Source: a bacterium
GTDB taxonomy: Bacteria; UBA8248
Assembly: GCA_965204535.1 (NCBI GenBank)
Contig: CBDBEV010000001.1
Span: forward strand, 800,001 to 864,000
Reading direction: 5' to 3'
DNA length: 64,000 bases
Position numbers and translations under genes: made by a program. Positions 58,489 through 64,000 of this stretch are shown piece after piece (position 1 is the first letter of the stretch; each line of letters opens with the position of its first letter). Under the pieces are notes generated by a model. That model ran no database searches and had not been told where the DNA came from. It worked only from the letters and a program-made list of their open reading frames with translations.

Positions 58489-58862
58489 GATGCTCTCTCC
58501 AGGCGCACTTCCTCCCCCGAGCGGACGCCCAGGAAATCTTTCGGGTCGCCCGCCACCCTGCCCAGCGGGTTCACGGGGCTGGCCGCGCGGGGCGCATCGT
58601 CCACGCTCGCTGGCGTGCGGCCGAAAAAGACGCAGAACGCGCTGCCGGGCGGCCAGTAGGCGATCTCGCCGACTTTCATCTCCTCGCGCGCGGAGGCTTC
58701 GAGCGGTGCGTCTACGGGAACCTGGAAATAGATTTCCTCGCCCCAGACGTTCGCGGAGCCGGTGATCGGCAATGCCTCCCAGAAGGCGTCCGCGGTTTCG
58801 CTCTCCGTCAGTTCGGCTTCCATGCCTACGCTGCCGGCGGTGATCCGGATTTTTCTTTGCAA
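58485..58862 (-). CDS. cyclophilin-like fold protein (TM1367/DUF369)
   Basis: WGEEIYF, GEIAYWPPGSAFCVFFG.TP, ASPVN..G. Confidence 0.88.
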   Translation of the reverse strand: MQRKIRITAGSVGMEAELTESETADAFWEALPITGSANVWGEEIYFQVPVDAPLEASAREEMKVGEIAYWPPGSAFCVFFGRTPASVDDAPRAASPVNPLGRVAGDPKDFLGVRSGEEVRLERAS

Positions 58863-59069
58863 GACAGTAACTCTCCCGTTAGTTGGACAAACGCCTCGTT
58901 TCTGGCAACATAGCCGAGCTTCGCCTTGAGGAAAAGGGGCGTTTCATCGCCTTGACACCCGTGGGCCTCCTCAATAGATTGAATTGCTTTTGATATCCTG
59001 TATCGGGGAAAATGGTCGTGGAAATCAAAGCCCCGGTTCGGGAGACGTTTTTTGTCGTTCGGAGGCGAA

Positions 59070-60047
59070 ATGAAATTTTCTGAGATTGCCGATTCAATCG
59101 CTTCCGAGATGAAGGAAGTGGAAGAAGCGATTCACGCGAATTTTCATTCGGACGTCGTCCTGATACCCGATGTGAGCGATTACCTCATCGGCTCCGGCGG
59201 CAAGAGAATCCGCCCGATGCTCCTGGTGCTCGTCGCCAAGGCGTGCGGCTACGAGGGGCGCCGCGCCACGACGATGGGCTGCGTGGTGGAGTACATCCAC
59301 ACGGCCACGCTCTTGCACGACGACGTGGTGGACGACGCGCAGATGAGGCGGGGCAACCCGTCCGCCAACGCGAAATGGAACAACGAGACGAGCGTGCTGG
59401 TGGGCGATTTCCTCTTCGCCAAGAGTTTCTCGCTCATGTCCGCGGACGCCGATCTGCGGATCATCGAGACCATGAGCGAGGCCTGCACCCTGCTCTCGGA
59501 AGGAGAGGTCCTCCAACTGGTCAACATGTACAACCTGAAGCTCACCGAAGAGGAATACCTCGACGTCATCTACCGCAAGACGGCGGCCCTCATCGCCGCG
59601 AGTTGCCGCGTCGGCGCCCTCATCCCCGACAGCCCGCCCACGATAGCGAACGCGCTCCATCAGTTCGGCGTCCAGATCGGCTACGCCTTTCAACTCGTCG
59701 ATGACGCCCTCGACTACATGGGCGACGCGCAGATAACGGGAAAATCCGTGGGCGAGGACCTGCGCGAGGGGAACGTGACGCTGCCCTTGCTCCAGGTCTG
59801 CGCCCGCGCCACGGAGGCGGAATTCGAGCGGTTGAACCACCTGGTGGTTCACGCGGATGACATCCGGGCGGAAGACCTGGACGACGTTCTCGAGTTGATG
59901 AACAAGTACGGCGCGGTGGACTACACCCTCGACAGGGCGCGGGGATACGTGGAGGCGGGGAAGGCGGCCCTCTCCATTCTGCCGGATTCCTTCCATGTCG
60001 ACGTGCTGCGCGACGTCGCCGACTACATTGTCGATCGGGACAATTAG
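59070..60047 (+). CDS. ispB: polyprenyl (octaprenyl-type) diphosphate synthase
   Basis: GGKRIRP, LHDDVVD...RRG, FQLVDDALD, GK..GEDLREG. Confidence 0.93.
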   Translation: MKFSEIADSIASEMKEVEEAIHANFHSDVVLIPDVSDYLIGSGGKRIRPMLLVLVAKACGYEGRRATTMGCVVEYIHTATLLHDDVVDDAQMRRGNPSANAKWNNETSVLVGDFLFAKSFSLMSADADLRIIETMSEACTLLSEGEVLQLVNMYNLKLTEEEYLDVIYRKTAALIAASCRVGALIPDSPPTIANALHQFGVQIGYAFQLVDDALDYMGDAQITGKSVGEDLREGNVTLPLLQVCARATEAEFERLNHLVVHADDIRAEDLDDVLELMNKYGAVDYTLDRARGYVEAGKAALSILPDSFHVDVLRDVADYIVDRDN

Positions 60048-60672
60048 CCCTCCGCAGGCCCTGCTCTTGCGACAGCTTCAGCATTTCATTCTGGCTTCGG
60101 GTTCCCCGCGCAGAAAACGGCTCCTGGAAGATGCGGGCCTTGTTTTCGGCGTCGTCATGGCGCCCGCCGACGTGGAAGAGGAGGTCGCGCCGGGGCTTGC
60201 GGCCGAAGAGGAGGCCATGCGCCGCGCACAGGCGAAGGCGGGTTTCGCGGCGGAGATGAATCCGGGCGCGTTCGTTCTCGGAGCCGATACGGTGGTCGTC
60301 CTGAATGGCGAAATCCTCGGGAAGCCTTCGGGCGCGGGCGACGCCGCGCGCATGCTGGGGCTGCTTTCGGGGCGGACGCACGAGGTGATCACCGCGTTCA
60401 CGCTCCTGGGGCCGGAATCCCGCCGAGAGGAGGCGGTATCGACGAAGGTGTCCTTCAGGGAGATTGACGAAGAGGCCATCGCGCGCTACGCCGAGAGCGG
60501 CGAGCCGATGGACAAGGCGGGCGCGTACGCGATTCAGGGGATGGGCGGGAGCCTCGTCGACAGGGTGGAGGGAAGCTACACCAACGTCGTGGGCCTGCCC
60601 GTCCCGGAAGTGTTGAATATGCTCATGAGGTGCGGCGTCGTGACGGACGCGCCTCTTCACTCGGCGATTTGA
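60028..60672 (+). CDS. maf: Maf nucleotide pyrophosphatase (start uncertain)
   Basis: ILASGSPRR, GADTVV, GKP, LSGRTH, DKAGAYAIQG, GSYTNVVGLP. Confidence 0.92.
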   Translation: MSIGTISPPQALLLRQLQHFILASGSPRRKRLLEDAGLVFGVVMAPADVEEEVAPGLAAEEEAMRRAQAKAGFAAEMNPGAFVLGADTVVVLNGEILGKPSGAGDAARMLGLLSGRTHEVITAFTLLGPESRREEAVSTKVSFREIDEEAIARYAESGEPMDKAGAYAIQGMGGSLVDRVEGSYTNVVGLPVPEVLNMLMRCGVVTDAPLHSAI

Positions 60673-60689
60673 AGAAACGGGGATGAATT

Positions 60690-61853
60690 ATGCGTCTGGC
60701 TGATCGGATGAATCTGCTCAAAACGGAAAGCGCGTTCGTGGTTCTCGCCAAGGCGAGCGAGATGGAGCGCCAGGGCCGGGACATCATCCACCTGGAGATC
60801 GGCGATACCGATTTCGACACGCCATCGAGCATCGTCGAAGAGGCGTATGCGCAGTTAAAGGCGGGCAAGACGCATTACTGCCCCTCCGCCGGCGTGCTGG
60901 AGCTTCGCGAAGCGGCGTGCGAGTGGCTCGCGCGCGACGGGCGGGGGGCGTATTCGCCCGAAGAGATTGTCGTCGGTCCGGGCGGCAAGCCGTTTCTCTA
61001 CTACACCATCATGGCGACGGCGGGGCCGGGCGATGAGGTGATTTATCCTGACCCGGGATTCCCGGTCTATGAGTCCGTGGCGCTCTATGCGGGCGCGAAG
61101 CCCGTGCCGCTGCCGATACTCGAAGAAAACAACTTCCGCTTCACGCCCGACGATCTGCGCGCGCGCGTCACGGGGAAGACCCGCCTCCTCATCCTGAACT
61201 ACCCGCACAACCCCACCGGCGGGACGCTGACGAGGAACGAACTCGAAGCCATCGCGGAGATCGCGGTGGAAAACGACATCATCGTCCTGTCGGATGAGGT
61301 CTACGCCCACATGCTCTTCGAGGGAGAGCACGTATCGCTCGCCACGCTGCCGGGGATGCGCGAGCGCACCATTATGCTGGAGACGTTCTCGAAAACGTAC
61401 GCCATGACCGGCTGGCGCCTCGGCTTCATCGCCGCACCGGCCGCGCTCGCCGAGCCGCTCGCCCAGCTCATCACCAACTCGGTGAGCTGCGTGCCTCCCT
61501 TTATCCAGTTGGCGGGGGCGAAGGGGCTTCTGGAGGATCAGACGGAAAGCCGCGCCATGATGGATGATTTCAGGCGCAGGCGCGACATCTTCATCTCGGG
61601 CCTGAACGAGGTGGAAGGCATTTCTTGTCAATACCCCGACGGCGCTTTCTATGCGTTCCCCAACGTAAGCCGGATTCCCATGAGCGCGGATGATTTCGCC
61701 GACTATCTCCTCGATGAAGTCGGCGTGGCGACGCTGCCAGGCTCCGCCTTCGGCGTTCACGCGGAGGGTCACCTGAGGATGTGCTTCGCCAACAGCGTGG
61801 AGAATCTGGAGCGGGCCGTGGACCGCATCGCGGACGCCGTGAAGCGGTTGTGA
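60690..61853 (+). CDS. class I/II PLP aminotransferase (aspartate aminotransferase-like)
   Basis: NYPHNPTG, SDEVY, FSKTYAMTGWRLG. Confidence 0.94.
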   Translation: MRLADRMNLLKTESAFVVLAKASEMERQGRDIIHLEIGDTDFDTPSSIVEEAYAQLKAGKTHYCPSAGVLELREAACEWLARDGRGAYSPEEIVVGPGGKPFLYYTIMATAGPGDEVIYPDPGFPVYESVALYAGAKPVPLPILEENNFRFTPDDLRARVTGKTRLLILNYPHNPTGGTLTRNELEAIAEIAVENDIIVLSDEVYAHMLFEGEHVSLATLPGMRERTIMLETFSKTYAMTGWRLGFIAAPAALAEPLAQLITNSVSCVPPFIQLAGAKGLLEDQTESRAMMDDFRRRRDIFISGLNEVEGISCQYPDGAFYAFPNVSRIPMSADDFADYLLDEVGVATLPGSAFGVHAEGHLRMCFANSVENLERAVDRIADAVKRL

Positions 61854-61855
61854 AG

Positions 61856-62866
61856 ATGAACGGCAAGGTGTCCTCTGAATATCTGCCGCGCGTGTTCCTC
61901 TCCCGAAAGTTTCCGCCGCATCATTTCGAGGACCTGAAACGCTCCACCGAATTCATCATGCACGCGAAAGACGTGAAGCCGACTCCCGCCGGCTACAAAC
62001 GCGCCGTGCGCGGTGCGGACGTCCTCATCTCGATGGTGGGAGACGAGATAGACGCCGGCTTCCTGGACGCCGCGCCGCGCCTCAAGCTGGTCGCCAACTG
62101 CGGGGTCGGCTTCAACAATCTCGATTTGGACGAGATCACGAGACGGGGAATTTTGGCCACCAACACGCCCGGCGTCGTTACCGAGCCGACGGCGGAATGC
62201 GCCATGGCGCTCCTGCTCGCGGTGAGCAGGCGGGTGGCGGAGGCGGATTCGTATATCAGAACCGGGCGGTGGAAGGGCTGGACGCCCACGCTTCTCGAGG
62301 GCCGGGGCCTGAACGGCCGGGCTCTCGGTATCGTCGGTCTGGGGCGCATCGGCTGCGCCGTGGCGCGCATGGCGAACGCGTTCGGCATGAAGGTCCGCTA
62401 CTGGAGCCGGAACAGGAAGAGCCACGAAATGGAGCAGGAGACGGGCGTCTCCTACCGCTCATTCGGGGGGCTTTTGCGCGAGTCCGATTTCCTGAGCGTG
62501 CACTTGGCCCTGAACGATGAGACGCGCCGGCTCATCGGCGCAGCGGAGTTCGCCCGGATGAAGGAGGGGGCCGTGGTGATCAACACCGCCCGTGGCCCCA
62601 TTCTGGACGAGAAGGCCCTGGTCGCCGCGCTTCGCTCGGGCCATCTCGGAGGTGCCGGGCTGGACGTGTTCGAGGATGAACCCAGGCCGCACCCGGGGCT
62701 CCTCAGGATGAAGAACGTCGTCATGATGCCGCATCTGGGGACGAATACCGATCTGGGCCGGGACGCGGTCTCGGAGCGCGTGGAGAGAAACGTGAAGGCC
62801 TATCTGCTCGGCAGGCGTCCCCCCGATCTGCTGAACCCCGAAGCCTGGCCCCACAGGAGGCGCTGA
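61856..62866 (+). CDS. glyoxylate reductase / D-glycerate dehydrogenase
   Basis: GVGFNNLD, TNTPGV, GLGRIG, INTARG, LDVFEDEP, PHLG. Confidence 0.9.
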   Translation: MNGKVSSEYLPRVFLSRKFPPHHFEDLKRSTEFIMHAKDVKPTPAGYKRAVRGADVLISMVGDEIDAGFLDAAPRLKLVANCGVGFNNLDLDEITRRGILATNTPGVVTEPTAECAMALLLAVSRRVAEADSYIRTGRWKGWTPTLLEGRGLNGRALGIVGLGRIGCAVARMANAFGMKVRYWSRNRKSHEMEQETGVSYRSFGGLLRESDFLSVHLALNDETRRLIGAAEFARMKEGAVVINTARGPILDEKALVAALRSGHLGGAGLDVFEDEPRPHPGLLRMKNVVMMPHLGTNTDLGRDAVSERVERNVKAYLLGRRPPDLLNPEAWPHRRR

Positions 62867-64000
62867 TGCCGGGGCGCGCGAGAAAGACGCTCCGGATCGG
62901 CGTCGACACGGGCGGGACTTTTACGGATTTCATCTCCTTCGACGGCGCCCGCGTGCGCGTCCACAAGGTGCCCTCCACGCCCGATGCGCCCGAGCGCGCC
63001 ATCCTGCAGGGGCTGGATGAGATTCTGGAGGGCCGCGGCCTCGCCCTGGACATCACCCACGGCTCCACCGTGGCGACGAACGCCCTGCTCACCCGCCGGG
63101 GCGCCAGGACCGCCCTCGTCACGACGGCGGGTTTCGAGGACCTGATCGAGATCGGCCGCCAGAACCGGAAAGAACTCTACAATCTCGCGTACCGCAAGCC
63201 GTCGGCGCTCGTGCCGAGAGACCTCAGGATGGGCGTGGCGGAGCGCCTCGATGAAAAAGGCGGCGAGCTCCTCCGCCTGAAGGCATCGGACGTAAGAGCG
63301 CTGAGAGGAAAACTTAAAGAAGCGGGCGTCGAGTCCGTCGCCATCTGCCTGCTGCACGCTTATGCGAACCCTGCGCATGAACAGAAAGTGGCCGACGCGG
63401 TCCGGCGGAGCGGGATTCACGTATCGATGTCCAGCCAGGTGCTGCCCGAGTTCCGGGAATACGAGCGCATGAGCACCACGTGCGTGAACGCCTACGTGTC
63501 TCCCATGATGAACAGGTACTTGAAGGATTTGGAATCGCGGCTCGATTCGGGACGATTGCGGGTCATGCAGAGCAACGGCGGCGTCATTTCGAGCACGATG
63601 GCGGGCGAGGAGGCCATCCGGACGATTCTTTCCGGCCCCGCCGGCGGCGTCGTGGGCGCCTATGAGGTGGCGAAACGGGCGGGGTTTGCGAACGCGATCG
63701 CGTTCGATATGGGCGGCACGAGCACGGACGTCTCCCTGCTGCACGGCGGGGTCGGCTTCACGGCGGAGACGGAAGTCGCCGGCTGTCCGATCCGGGTCCC
63801 CCTCATCGACATCCACACGGTGGGCGCGGGCGGCGGCTCGATCGCCCGGGTCGATCCGGGGGGCGCACTGGCCGTCGGCCCCCAGAGCGCGGGCGCAGAT
63901 CCCGGTCCGATATGCTACGGCAAGGGGGATCAGGTCACCGTCACGGACGCGAACCTGTTCCTGGGCCGCCTCGATCCCGAGCAATTCCTGGGCGGCCGGA
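62866..64000 (+). CDS. hydantoinase/oxoprolinase A-type subunit, 3' end outside window (absent from ORF track)
   Basis: MPGRARKTLRIGVDTGGTFTD, HGSTVATNALL, SGPAGG, DMGGTSTDV, TVGAGGGS. Confidence 0.93.
   Translation, partial: MPGRARKTLRIGVDTGGTFTDFISFDGARVRVHKVPSTPDAPERAILQGLDEILEGRGLALDITHGSTVATNALLTRRGARTALVTTAGFEDLIEIGRQNRKELYNLAYRKPSALVPRDLRMGVAERLDEKGGELLRLKASDVRALRGKLKEAGVESVAICLLHAYANPAHEQKVADAVRRSGIHVSMSSQVLPEFREYERMSTTCVNAYVSPMMNRYLKDLESRLDSGRLRVMQSNGGVISSTMAGEEAIRTILSGPAGGVVGAYEVAKRAGFANAIAFDMGGTSTDVSLLHGGVGFTAETEVAGCPIRVPLIDIHTVGAGGGSIARVDPGGALAVGPQSAGADPGPICYGKGDQVTVTDANLFLGRLDPEQFLGGR

Noticed and set aside
62800-63984. 394-aa minus-strand ORF and similar long antisense ORFs across the window
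   Set aside because: Shadow ORFs of high-GC coding genes; this one lies opposite the hydantoinase/oxoprolinase.

Overview
GC-rich bacterial chromosomal window made mostly of housekeeping and catabolic genes: acyl-CoA dehydrogenases, CoA-transferases, MaoC dehydratases, moeA/moeA-PBP/moaA, RND and Emr efflux, rph-rdgB, a liv-type ABC transporter, comM, selD, msrA, thiI, ispB, maf and four tRNAs. Small lower-GC inserts carry a Panacea-type toxin-antitoxin pair, a NYN nuclease, higBA and a truncated ATPase. The ORF track misses several things. (1) A candidate invertible promoter at 56305-56503: perfect 16-bp inverted repeats with tyrosine-recombinase-like TAA-N6-TTAT architecture enclose a sigma70 promoter that currently points away from a TbpB-like surface lipoprotein gene, i.e. 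a putative phase switch in the OFF state. (2) A ~300-nt three-domain structured RNA immediately downstream of that gene. (3) A dense, nested mosaic of about five REP/dRS3-like repeat families confined to 50.8-57.2 kb. (4) Two in-frame UGA (selenocysteine) genes with SECIS-like hairpins: an AhpD/CMD protein (CxxU) and SelD. (5) A tandem monooxygenase duplication whose hitch-hiking comM fragment differs mostly at synonymous sites, suggesting import from a related lineage. (6) A 32-aa membrane microprotein after tRNA-Lys. All family calls come from motif recognition by eye; no database searches were run.
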